Assembly: GCA_977020255.1 (NCBI GenBank)
Contig: CDROCS010000253.1
Span: 1,798,001 to 1,862,000 of the forward strand
Reading direction: 5' to 3'
Length of the DNA stretch: 64,000 nt
From: Obrimoposthia wandeli
Lineage: Eukaryota
Position 1 is the first letter of the stretch; the number at the start of each line of letters is the position of its first letter. Below are positions 29,239 through 38,820 of the stretch, piece by piece. Below the pieces are notes generated by a model. It made no database searches. It worked only from the letters and a program-made list of their open reading frames with translations, and was not told where the DNA came from. The translations under genes and the position numbers were made by a program.

Positions 29239-31413
29239 TTAAACGTTATCTTCAATATTATCAGACTGTGTCTGTATGGCTTCTTGTAATTGCTGCTCTA
29301 CAATGTCTTGTAAAGGCTTATCATCAATAGAAGTGGTTAACTCGCTGTCTTCAATATCGTCTGAATCTTGTAATATTTCGAGCACATCAGAGGCAACTTC
29401 GGGAAAAGAATCTACAAAGGTACTAGCAACATCCACTGCATGTTCGGGGATATTATCAACCATATGATTAATATAGTTATTTGTTGCATTCTCTATGTTT
29501 TCTAATGCATCTTCTGAGAACACTTGTTCATTTTTACTTTCATTTTCACCCTCGCTTTCACTGTCAATTAAATTCTGAACATAGGCTTCGGCAACATCAT
29601 TTGACGATTCAGGTAGTGATTCCGACACCGTGAAAGCAAGCTCTGCCGACTGCTCAGGAGATACATCGGTTAAACGATTATAAAGCTCTGTTGCTGTGTT
29701 TTCAGAGGCGGCAGCTACCCTATCGACTGGACGCATTGCCTCTAAAGAATCTGAAAAATTTGTCATGTATTCTTCGGTCATTTCCAGTAGTTCACTGGGG
29801 TATTCTTCGGCCATATTTTCAGCGGCTAATTCCATTAAATCAATACCGTTATCAGGCATTGCATTAGCAATCGCGACAACAATATTAGTAAATTGATCGG
29901 GATACTCAGAGGTGATCCAATCAACCAGTTGATCTGCTTGCTCAGGAGAAGCATTGGTTAATGCTTCTGCAATGTGAATACTCATTTGTGGGGCGGCCGA
30001 CGTTATTGCAGCGTATAATTTACCAATATCTATCGCGTCTATAGTACTTAATGCGGCAGCTAAGTTTGAGGCATTTTTTGGATCTCTAAGCACGATAGCT
30101 TTAACCATATTAACCGCAGCCGATGGGTTTTTATTAGCCAAGCTAATCGCAACTTCTACTTCCGCAGTTGATTCAAATTGTGCTTCTGCATAATGTGTAC
30201 GAGGATCCAGCTCAGACACTACGCCACTGGGTGTTTGCATGACAAAACTTTCTTGCTCATCAAGGGGTAACGCTTGTCGTAGTTTCATTCGAAGAATAAT
30301 AAAAAGTAACAGAGTTAAGGCGACGACATTCATAAAACTAAACAAAGCGCTGCTACCGAAGGCATCCATCACCACAGATGCAAGGTAAGGGCCTAAAATG
30401 CTGCCCAATGCATAGATCAATAATAGCGAACTCATGGCAGACAAAATTTGCTCTTTTAATACTTTATCAAAAGTTTCAGACATACTCATAGGGTAAAGAC
30501 AGGCAACTAATCCCGTGATCAGTGCAATTGCCAATAAGCTTAGTTTAAACATATTGATGGACATAAGGAATGGTACAAATAAGCATAATACAATGAGCGT
30601 TGCTACCATAAAAAGCATCACTTTTCGACGGTCAAAATTATCCGATAAATAGGCAATAGGGAACTGTAAAATAATCGCGCCAGAGATAGCTGCGCCCATA
30701 AATATTGATAAATCTAAATCGGTAATACCATTTTGACTGGCAAAGATAGGCAACATATTCATTAAACCGGCATATAGTACCCCACAATAAAAGCAACTTA
30801 CCACACCCAAAGGAGACAGTTTGAAAACCGTTATTAAAGACATTGATTGGCTATCTTCTATTTGGGGGCCTTTTTGTCTGCTAATAACGATAGGGGTAAT
30901 GGACAAGCTAAATAAAATACCGCAGATAACAAACAGGGTAATATCATCAATCGGAGCAACATTTAATAAAAATTGGCCCGAAAACAATGCTGTCATGATC
31001 ATCATCTGATTAATCGAGAGTATTCGACCTCTATTCTTTTCAGTGGCGCTATGGCTTAACCAACTATCAAGTGTGGCATTGGTGCAAACAATACAAAACC
31101 CAGTGACTATCCTCATAGCAGCAAGTATTAAAGGCTCTGGATAAAGGCCCGAAAGTAAAATAGCAACAGAGGTTAAACTACCACACATGGCAAATATTCG
31201 TATGTGACCAACACGTTGCAATAACATACGGCTATAATAGGCACCGATCAAAAACCCTACGGATAACATAGACAGCACTAAGCCCATATTATTCAGGCTC
31301 ACCCCATCGCTCTGCATACGTACAGGCAACAAAATATTGCTTAATCCATAACCTAACATCAACAAAAAACCACTTGTTAGTAATAGGATAAAAGGTCTAA
31401 GGGTCATTATCAC
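29239..31413 (-). CDS. YcaD-like MFS transporter fused to a ~320-aa acidic helical-repeat tail
   Basis: About 12 hydrophobic segments, RVGHIR, LSDNFDRRKV, then TPSGVVSELDP and Pro-periodic repeats. Confidence 0.85.
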   Translation of the reverse strand: MIMTLRPFILLLTSGFLLMLGYGLSNILLPVRMQSDGVSLNNMGLVLSMLSVGFLIGAYYSRMLLQRVGHIRIFAMCGSLTSVAILLSGLYPEPLILAAMRIVTGFCIVCTNATLDSWLSHSATEKNRGRILSINQMMIMTALFSGQFLLNVAPIDDITLFVICGILFSLSITPIVISRQKGPQIEDSQSMSLITVFKLSPLGVVSCFYCGVLYAGLMNMLPIFASQNGITDLDLSIFMGAAISGAIILQFPIAYLSDNFDRRKVMLFMVATLIVLCLFVPFLMSINMFKLSLLAIALITGLVACLYPMSMSETFDKVLKEQILSAMSSLLLIYALGSILGPYLASVVMDAFGSSALFSFMNVVALTLLLFIILRMKLRQALPLDEQESFVMQTPSGVVSELDPRTHYAEAQFESTAEVEVAISLANKNPSAAVNMVKAIVLRDPKNASNLAAALSTIDAIDIGKLYAAITSAAPQMSIHIAEALTNASPEQADQLVDWITSEYPDQFTNIVVAIANAMPDNGIDLMELAAENMAEEYPSELLEMTEEYMTNFSDSLEAMRPVDRVAAASENTATELYNRLTDVSPEQSAELAFTVSESLPESSNDVAEAYVQNLIDSESEGENESKNEQVFSEDALENIENATNNYINHMVDNIPEHAVDVASTFVDSFPEVASDVLEILQDSDDIEDSELTTSIDDKPLQDIVEQQLQEAIQTQSDNIEDNV

Positions 31414-31856
31414 AGCAATTCTCTTCTCATCATTAGGCGGTCAGCGTTTACGGTATTAAATGAGCGAAATTTTTATTAAAAATGAGGTTACTCATCGCTC
31501 AGTAAGAAAGTATGGTTACTACTTTAAAGTAGCTTATAATTGCGCAGCATAACAACAGAATGTGATGGATTACAGAAAAATATGTAAAATATATTTATCT
31601 AAGTTAGAGAGGTTTTATTAACGGAGTTTTAATCGTTATTTCTGTTTATATACTTGCAATGAACATGTGTTATGAGTCAAAAAAACTGTAGTGTTTTAAT
31701 GTGTTTAGTAGAGTCGGATATTTAAGGTGAAGTCTACAATATGAACGTTGTCTGGCCTTAGCCATTATTTACTTTGAGGTAACATTGTAACTAAGCTTCA
31801 ACGATAAAAAGTCGTGAACCAGAGCTACGCTTGATTGAGGTTGTTACTGCATCTAT

Positions 31857-32444
31857 TTAATTTGAGAATGATTGCCAAAACAGATTAAATGCCGCCTCGC
31901 TATATTTAGTATCTTGTGCGAGTTCAGTGTTGTTAATAAAGAACTGACTACTGGTTAGGAATTGACCATGAGCACTTTCTAACATTAGCTCTATCGGATA
32001 ATCAGCGATAAGTTGATGTTGTTGACCAAAGAGCATTATTTCTTTTAAAAAACCAAATTCATCAGCAAATATTTGCGCTTTAGTATTGGCCGAAAGCGGT
32101 TGGTATTGCATCACAAGTAAGCAAAATTGCTGTTGGTCAGCATTAGCTAAAGCCCAATCAATTGCTTGTTGCCAAATCACTTTAGCTTGTTGTTCTAATT
32201 GAGTTACATCGAGTTCGAATGGCGCTATTTGCAATGCAAATTCTTGTTTTATATTTTTATAAAGTTCGAGAACTAAGGCATCTTTTGAAGGGAAATGATG
32301 AAAAAGGGTGCCAGTGGCAACACCCGCTGTTTTGGCAATAGATGCGGTGGATGTTGCATAAATGCCTTGATTGACAAACAAGGCTAACGCGGCATCTAAG
32401 AGTTGCTGCTTTTTATTTTTAGGCTGGCTTGAATTTACAGGCAT
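31857..32444 (-). CDS. TetR-family regulator
   Basis: TSTASIAKTAGVATGTLFHHFPSKDAL. Confidence 0.92.
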   Translation of the reverse strand: MPVNSSQPKNKKQQLLDAALALFVNQGIYATSTASIAKTAGVATGTLFHHFPSKDALVLELYKNIKQEFALQIAPFELDVTQLEQQAKVIWQQAIDWALANADQQQFCLLVMQYQPLSANTKAQIFADEFGFLKEIMLFGQQHQLIADYPIELMLESAHGQFLTSSQFFINNTELAQDTKYSEAAFNLFWQSFSN

Positions 32445-32590
32445 ATATGCGTTTACTCTTTCTAAAGGTTTGAGACGTTTATTTGTGAATTGAAAAATAA
32501 TTTTTCATAGGCACTATTCAACCGTAGAACAGCGTCATTATAACACTGTGAAATTACAACATTATCGTCTTATTCTCATTTAATTAAATA

Positions 32591-34030
32591 TTATCTTAAG
32601 AAAAACTTCAGCATTAACCTTTGTATTAAACCTCCGTAGGGAGGGTGCACTAATTTTCCGATATTTAACTTGCCCCGAGACAGAACTGTTTTTGCTTTGG
32701 AAAAAGTTAAAAAACCTTCCTTGCCATGATATTGGCCCATACCAGAGTCTCCAATACCTCCAAAAGGGGCATCATCGGCAGCTACATGAAAGATTGTTTC
32801 ATTAATACAAACACCACCAGAGTGAGTTTGACTCAACAAATGTTGCTGGATATCGTTATCAAAACTCATAATATAAAGCGCTAAAGGCCGAGCGCGCTGA
32901 TTAATATAATCAATTGTTTCTGAAATATCTTCATAGCTAATAATTGGGAGGATTGGGCCAAAAATCTCTTGTTGCATTATTAGCATGTCATCGGTGGTTT
33001 CAGTGACTAATTGCGTGGCAAGCTCACGTGAATTGCGGTCAATGTCTTGCCCATTAGCTGAAACTACTTTTGCACCTTTACTCACCGCGTCATCTAACCA
33101 AGAAAGTAATCTATTATGCTGGGTTGAGTTTATTACATGGGCATAATCTGTACTTTGGTTTTTATCGCCATACATAGTTTGAAATTGTTTTTGATAACTA
33201 CTGATAAAGGCTTCAACTTTATCTTTAGGGCAAAGTATATAATCGGGTGCCACGCATATTTGTCCGGCATTTAAACACTTGCCAAAGATTAGACGCTCAA
33301 CGGCAGTATCTATCGGCATGTCTGGCGCAATAATCACTGGGGATTTTCCACCTAACTCTAAAGTGACAGGGGTTAGGTTATCAGCCGCTGCTCGCATTAC
33401 GTGACGTCCAACTGTAGTTGAGCCAGTAAAAATTAAGTGGTCAAAGGGTAAGCCAGAAAACTCTGCCGCGATGTTGGCTTCACCTTCAATACAGGCAACG
33501 GTATTTTGTTCAAAAATACTGCTTAACATTTTCTTAATAACTTGGTTGGTACTCGGGGTAAATTCTGACAATTTAATCATTGCTCTGTTGCCAGCAGCTA
33601 ATGCTGTGATTAACGGACCGACAGATAACATCACAGGAAAGTTCCACGGCACCATAATACCTACTACGCCTAAAGGTTGATAATGCACTTCAACTTTAGC
33701 TGGTGCTAATAATAGCCCAGCATGACGACGTTGTGGTTTCATCCACTTCTTAAGACGTTTAATGGTGTAATTAATATTGACGATACAAGGCATGATGTCG
33801 GCTATTAAACTATCTTGTGCGGGACGTTGTCCGTAATCTTCATTAAGTGCTTTGACCAAGTTGTCTTGATAAGAAAGTAGCGCAATTTTTAATGCTGATA
33901 GCTGTGCAATTCGCTCTTGAGCTGAAGGATTAGGAGCACTGCGGTATGCCTGTTTTTGGCCAGTTAGTATGCTTGATAAATCGCGCAGTTCTGTATTCAT
34001 TTTTTCTGACATATTCATCGGTAACTCCAT
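32591..34030 (-). CDS. calB: Coniferyl-aldehyde-dehydrogenase-like ALDH
   Basis: PWNFP, FTGST, LELGGKSP, NAGQICVAPDY, EIFGP, FGGIGDSGMG. Confidence 0.85.
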   Translation of the reverse strand: MELPMNMSEKMNTELRDLSSILTGQKQAYRSAPNPSAQERIAQLSALKIALLSYQDNLVKALNEDYGQRPAQDSLIADIMPCIVNINYTIKRLKKWMKPQRRHAGLLLAPAKVEVHYQPLGVVGIMVPWNFPVMLSVGPLITALAAGNRAMIKLSEFTPSTNQVIKKMLSSIFEQNTVACIEGEANIAAEFSGLPFDHLIFTGSTTVGRHVMRAAADNLTPVTLELGGKSPVIIAPDMPIDTAVERLIFGKCLNAGQICVAPDYILCPKDKVEAFISSYQKQFQTMYGDKNQSTDYAHVINSTQHNRLLSWLDDAVSKGAKVVSANGQDIDRNSRELATQLVTETTDDMLIMQQEIFGPILPIISYEDISETIDYINQRARPLALYIMSFDNDIQQHLLSQTHSGGVCINETIFHVAADDAPFGGIGDSGMGQYHGKEGFLTFSKAKTVLSRGKLNIGKLVHPPYGGLIQRLMLKFFLR

Positions 34031-34104
34031 TGTTCAAGTAGCTTGATATATAATTTAGGTGTAGACCTAGTTTTTGATGTGTACGGATAATCACCAAAAG
34101 AATA

Positions 34105-34120
34105 GACTGACTAGTTAGTC
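34105..34120. promoter_or_regulatory. Candidate TetR operator upstream of calB-tetR
   Basis: GACTGACTAGTTAGTC, near-palindrome about 75 bp upstream of the ORF start. Confidence 0.5.
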
Positions 34121-34247
34121 GGTGTGGGTATTTGAACTCAATACAACCATAATTGCAATATTTTGTTTGTTTTTTATTCAAAGTAATCACAAAAATTATT
34201 ATTAATTTATAACTAAAGTGAGGTTAGCTAGGCTCTCAAGCGATATA

Positions 34248-34282
34248 AATTAATTAGTCGTGGTCACTACGACTAATTAATT
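34248..34282. terminator. 14-bp perfect hairpin downstream of the methyltransferase gene
   Basis: aattaattagtcgt-ggtcact-acgactaattaatt. Confidence 0.45.
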
Positions 34283-34345
34283 ATTTCTGAGGAAAAATAC
34301 TGCGGAGCAACATATGTCTTTAAAATATGAGGTTGTTATAACTTT

Positions 34346-34903
34346 TTAAGTTTCTGCTTTACTGATTTTGTATAAATAAACTGGAGATTTATAAAAGTCA
34401 TTAAGTCGTATCGTTCTATAAGCTTGCCATGAGGGTAGTGCAAAATTATTACTAATAAGAAAGCTGACGTTAGATTTTTCTACTTGTAATTTATGGCTGA
34501 TTTTTTCCATCGCCTCGGGGAATAAATAGCACACTAATACAGAGGTCTTAGATAAGTCTGCCTGATAAAAGTTTTGTCGGTGTAAGGTTAGGTTTTTTAA
34601 GCCCAGTGCTTTTTTAAGAAATGTCGACATGAGCCAAGGTAGAAAGGATAGTTCGTATCCTACTATGTGTCTTTGCGGATATTTTTTGGCTATACGTAAA
34701 ACAAAGTTACCCCAGCCGCTACCCAAATCAACGATAGTACCTGACCCTGTTTCATCAATTAACTGCATCATGGCAAGGTAGGCTTTATTTGAACTTGGCA
34801 TAGGCGTTATACCTACTTTTATCGTACTGTATACGATAGAACCGGCTAAAAACAGCATTATAAAAGCTAAAATAATAAATAAAAACAGTTCAGAAATTAT
34901 CAA
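34346..34903 (-). CDS. Membrane-anchored class I SAM methyltransferase
   Basis: N-terminal TM helix; TPMPSS, VDLGSGWG, GYELS, VCYLFP. Confidence 0.8.
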   Translation of the reverse strand: MIISELFLFIILAFIMLFLAGSIVYSTIKVGITPMPSSNKAYLAMMQLIDETGSGTIVDLGSGWGNFVLRIAKKYPQRHIVGYELSFLPWLMSTFLKKALGLKNLTLHRQNFYQADLSKTSVLVCYLFPEAMEKISHKLQVEKSNVSFLISNNFALPSWQAYRTIRLNDFYKSPVYLYKISKAET

Positions 34904-34926
34904 AGTAAACTCTCAAATAGGAGGTG

Positions 34927-35826
34927 TTATTTCTCTATGTTTACGATATTTTCTACTAAAAAATCTAAGAAAACCCGTGTCTTTGGTGAAATAAGATCTC
35001 GTTTTAAGTATATGGCATAGGTTGCACTCAACTCTTCATAAGGGCTGAAAGTATATTCTGGCATTACTTGAATTAAGCTGCCATCTGCTAGTTCATTTTT
35101 GACGGCCCATAAAGGAATTAAAGCGAGTCCGGCATTATTCAATACAAGCTGTTTCTGACCATTAACAGAGTTAACCGAAATGGCTTTGTTAAGGGACAGT
35201 TTTGTTTTTTCATCAGCCATTAAAAACCAATCTTTCCATCGAGAATAATTGTATCGGATACATTGATGATCTTTTAAATCTTCAGGGGAGGGGGGCGTAC
35301 CATTGTTAATTAAGTAATGAGGACTTGCACATAATAGGAAATTATTTAACGTTAGTTGCCTTGCTATCATGCTTGAATCAGGTAAACGACCGCTTCGAAT
35401 CGCTACATCTATATTCTCTTCGACAAGATCTACAACCCGTTCGGTTAATTCCAGGTCTATCTCAATATTCGGATAGAGCGAGATAAACTTCGAAATCAGT
35501 GGCAGTACTACACTTTCACCAAAGCCCACTGTCATGCTTATATTAAGCTTACCCTTTGGCACTTCTTGTAAGTCATTAACAACTCTTTTGGCTTCATCAA
35601 ATTCTGAGACAATCCGTTGAGAGTATTCGTAATATTTATGCCCAGCTTCAGTTAAACCAGTATTTCTAGTGGTTTTATTTAGCAGTCGTACGCCAAGTTC
35701 TTGTTCGAGTACCGCGAGTTGCCTAGAAATTGAGGAGGGCTGCACATCAAAAATTCTACTGGTTTGGGAAATACTGCCAGTTTCGACAACACTGTTGAAA
35801 TAGAGTAACCGATTCAGTGAACTCAT
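34927..35826 (-). CDS. LysR-family regulator
   Basis: GSISQTSRIFDVQPSSISRQLAVLEQELGVRLLNKTTR; DLVEENIDVAIR. Confidence 0.93.
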   Translation of the reverse strand: MSSLNRLLYFNSVVETGSISQTSRIFDVQPSSISRQLAVLEQELGVRLLNKTTRNTGLTEAGHKYYEYSQRIVSEFDEAKRVVNDLQEVPKGKLNISMTVGFGESVVLPLISKFISLYPNIEIDLELTERVVDLVEENIDVAIRSGRLPDSSMIARQLTLNNFLLCASPHYLINNGTPPSPEDLKDHQCIRYNYSRWKDWFLMADEKTKLSLNKAISVNSVNGQKQLVLNNAGLALIPLWAVKNELADGSLIQVMPEYTFSPYEELSATYAIYLKRDLISPKTRVFLDFLVENIVNIEK

Positions 35827-35875
35827 AATGGCTGTTACATAGGACTATTTATATTGTTGTTACTTTAACTTCGCG

Positions 35876-35890
35876 TTGCTCAAAAGGCAA
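35876..35890. promoter_or_regulatory. LysR box TTGC-N7-GCAA
   Basis: Fits T-N11-A; lies between the divergent lysR and oxidoreductase genes. Confidence 0.6.
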
Positions 35891-35971
35891 ATATGATTTG
35901 CAGTCTAGGTTATGGTTTGTCCAATTGGCAATGTTTAAAATCGCCACATTGAAACGAACAGGCAAACTCGT

Positions 35972-35995
35972 AGCAACAGCAACAGCAACACCAAC
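35972..35995. repeat. (AGCAAC)3-ACCAAC hexamer repeat in the oxidoreductase leader
   Basis: Read directly from sequence. Confidence 0.75.
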
Positions 35996-36033
35996 ACGCA
36001 CGTAACCAAATAGACAATTAAAGAGAGAAAGTT

Positions 36034-37011
36034 ATGAAAGCAATGATCATCAAAGAAATTGGCTCTACTGAAGTATTCCAACTTGTTGAAAAAGCAAAAC
36101 CAATAGTTAAAGCAGGCCATATGGTAGTAGAAGTAAAAGCAACCAGTGTAAATCCAATTGATACTATGCTGCGTTCAGTTGAACTGCCTTGGTCAAATAA
36201 CTTACCAGAAATTCTTCACGGTGATGTTGCAGGTATTGTGAGTGAAATTGGAGAAGATGTTACTGACTTTAACGTTGGTGATGAAGTTTATGGCATGGCT
36301 GGTGGTATTAACGGCATTGACGGTGCATTAGCTGAGTTTATGTTAGTTGATGTACGATTGATGGCTAATAAACCTAAAACGCTAACGATGAAACAGGCGG
36401 CGGCTCTACCATTAGTAGCAATTACTTCCTATGAAGCGCTTGTTGATAAAATGAATGTGCAGCAAGGTGATAATGTTTTGATTCATGGCGCTACGGGTGG
36501 CGTTGGTCATATTGCGGTTCAGTTAGCCAAAGTATTGGGTGCGAATGTTACTGCAACTTATTCTCCTGCTAACGAAACGCTAGCAAAAGCACTTGGTGCA
36601 GACAACTTAGTTGATTATAAGACTGAGTCAGTATCAGACTACGTAAAGGATCACACCAGTGGTGTTGGTTTTGATAAAGTATTTGATACCGTTGCAGGAG
36701 ATAATATTGAAAAATCATTTGAAGCCGTTAAATTCAACGGTCATGTAGCGACTATTTTACCTATTGCGGATCCACTACAAATTGCTTTGAAAAGTTTGTC
36801 ATTCCACAGTGTTTTGGTGCTTATTCCATTATGCCATGATATTAACCATGTTTCACATGGTCGTATTCTTACTGAAATTGCAACGCTGGTAGACGCTGGG
36901 AAAATTAAGCCTATTATTGATGAGAGCGACTTCTCTATTTGGGACGTAGCAAAAGCGCACGATCGTCTTGCTTCAGGCAAAGCGGTAGGAAAAATCACCT
37001 TAACAGTATAA
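36034..37011 (+). CDS. MDR-family NADPH:quinone oxidoreductase-like protein
   Basis: SVNPID, HGDVAG, HGATGGVG, GKAVGKITL; no catalytic Zn cysteines evident. Confidence 0.88.
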   Translation: MKAMIIKEIGSTEVFQLVEKAKPIVKAGHMVVEVKATSVNPIDTMLRSVELPWSNNLPEILHGDVAGIVSEIGEDVTDFNVGDEVYGMAGGINGIDGALAEFMLVDVRLMANKPKTLTMKQAAALPLVAITSYEALVDKMNVQQGDNVLIHGATGGVGHIAVQLAKVLGANVTATYSPANETLAKALGADNLVDYKTESVSDYVKDHTSGVGFDKVFDTVAGDNIEKSFEAVKFNGHVATILPIADPLQIALKSLSFHSVLVLIPLCHDINHVSHGRILTEIATLVDAGKIKPIIDESDFSIWDVAKAHDRLASGKAVGKITLTV

Positions 37012-37080
37012 ATATTTGAGCTAACTAATTGAATAAAAATTGATTCAGCTTAGCTAGGTTTAGCTTAATTTTATTTAACA

Positions 37081-37112
37081 AAAGGTGCTAATGATCATTA
37101 ACATCTTTTTAT
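37081..37112. terminator. Hairpin between convergent genes
   Basis: aaaggtg.taatga / tcatta.catcttt followed by a T-run. Confidence 0.5.
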
Positions 37113-37136
37113 TTTCTGTCACTTAGCCAAAAATTT

Positions 37137-38717
37137 TCAGCAATTCTTTAGAAAAGCATTATGGCTTGGTAGTTTCTCAACAGTACGATTAATAAGTGTT
37201 TTTAAACTGACCATCAAATCGGTTAACTGCTTTTCGGATAAGGTATCAACTAAAGGGTGGTGATCTTCAGGTACATTACCTTGACCTATCATTACTTGCT
37301 GCCAGGCTACTTCGGTAAATAAGTCATCAGGTTTGCAAAAAACTTTGCCTGTTTTTTTAAATAACTCAATTTTATTAAATAATGATTCAGGTATTTCCAT
37401 CCTTTGACAAGCTCGCCAAAACTCACTATCACCACGATTATTTAATTTGTAATGTAGGATAATGAAATCACGAATGCCTTCTAGTTCGATTTTAGACTGG
37501 CAATTGAATTCATCAACCTCTGCTTGTTTAATGCCATTATGAGGAAAAAATTTCATTAAACGTATGGCTGCAGTTTGAATTAAATGAATATTGGTTGATT
37601 CCAGTGGCTCAAAGAAGCCACTGGATAAACCAATGGCAATAACATTCTTATGCCACTGCTTAAGGCGGCGACCGGTTTTAAAGGGGATAATTCTAGGCTC
37701 TGCCAGCGGCTTAGCGTCAAGGTTATTGAGTAGTAGTTCTTTCGCTTCCTCGTCGCTCAGGTGTTTACTTGAGTACACTAAACCATTGCCTGTTCTATGT
37801 TGCAGTGGAATACGCCATTGCCAGCCAGCTTTATGTGCAGTAGATCGAGTATAAGGCTCAATAGGTTCAACTTTTTCACAGGGGACTGCAATTGCGCGAT
37901 CACATGGCAGCCAGTGTGAGTAGTCTTCATAGCCAGTACTTAACGTTTTTTCAATTAATAAAGCTGCAAGTCCGCTGCAGTCGATAAATAGATCACCAGC
38001 AATACTGATATCATTTTCTAGTAATACGCTTTCGATAAAGCCAGAGTCACTATCCTGAATTACTTGGGTGATAGTGCCTTCAATACGTTTAACACCCATA
38101 CCCTGTGCATGTTTACTTAAAAACGTAGCGTATAAACCCGCATCAAAATGATACGCGTGGGCAAGGCCGGGTAAATTGGTATTTGGAATGTTATTAATCG
38201 GGGTAAATTTATTTTTTTTCGCTGCTTGGTAGTTTAGTGAGTAATCCCAGAAACTCTTACTATTGATATTAGCGCTATCGATATTGCTGCTATTTATATT
38301 AGTTTTACCAATCGTTTGATTACGGGTATTTTCATCTTGTTGAGCCCGTAGCCAAAAGTGATTAAAATCACAAAAAGGAAATTTTTTACCTATGCTGCCA
38401 AAAACATGCATGTAACTATCACCTTCTTGATGCCAGTTGTTAAATTCAATACCTAATTTTATCGTACCTTGAGTTGCCTTAATAAAAGATTTTTCATCAA
38501 TACCAATGGCACTATTAAAATTAACGATAGGTGGAATAGTGGCTTCGCCTACACCAACAATACCTATTTTTTCAGATTCAACTAGCGTTATAGTTAGAGC
38601 CTTTCCTAAGGTTTTTGCTAGTAATGAAGCTGTCATCCAGCCTGCAGTGCCACCGCCGACAATAACCACATTTTTAATTTTACTTTGAATTTTATTGCTA
38701 ATGTTGCTTTGTTTCAC
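37137..38717 (-). CDS. Flavin-dependent tryptophan-halogenase-family protein
   Basis: [41 protein letters not shown]. Confidence 0.88.
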   Translation of the reverse strand: MKQSNISNKIQSKIKNVVIVGGGTAGWMTASLLAKTLGKALTITLVESEKIGIVGVGEATIPPIVNFNSAIGIDEKSFIKATQGTIKLGIEFNNWHQEGDSYMHVFGSIGKKFPFCDFNHFWLRAQQDENTRNQTIGKTNINSSNIDSANINSKSFWDYSLNYQAAKKNKFTPINNIPNTNLPGLAHAYHFDAGLYATFLSKHAQGMGVKRIEGTITQVIQDSDSGFIESVLLENDISIAGDLFIDCSGLAALLIEKTLSTGYEDYSHWLPCDRAIAVPCEKVEPIEPYTRSTAHKAGWQWRIPLQHRTGNGLVYSSKHLSDEEAKELLLNNLDAKPLAEPRIIPFKTGRRLKQWHKNVIAIGLSSGFFEPLESTNIHLIQTAAIRLMKFFPHNGIKQAEVDEFNCQSKIELEGIRDFIILHYKLNNRGDSEFWRACQRMEIPESLFNKIELFKKTGKVFCKPDDLFTEVAWQQVMIGQGNVPEDHHPLVDTLSEKQLTDLMVSLKTLINRTVEKLPSHNAFLKNC

Positions 38718-38758
38718 AGGGCTTTCCTTATGTTAATCATTACTCTGATGGATGAAAT

Positions 38759-38798
38759 AAAAAAAGCCCCAGTAACACGTGTTCACTAGGGCTTTTTT
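38759..38798 (-). terminator. Intrinsic terminator between the TonB receptor and halogenase genes
   Basis: aaaaagccc...gggctttttt. Confidence 0.7.
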
Positions 38799-38820
38799 GA
38801 CAAGATTTAACTAAAACTTA

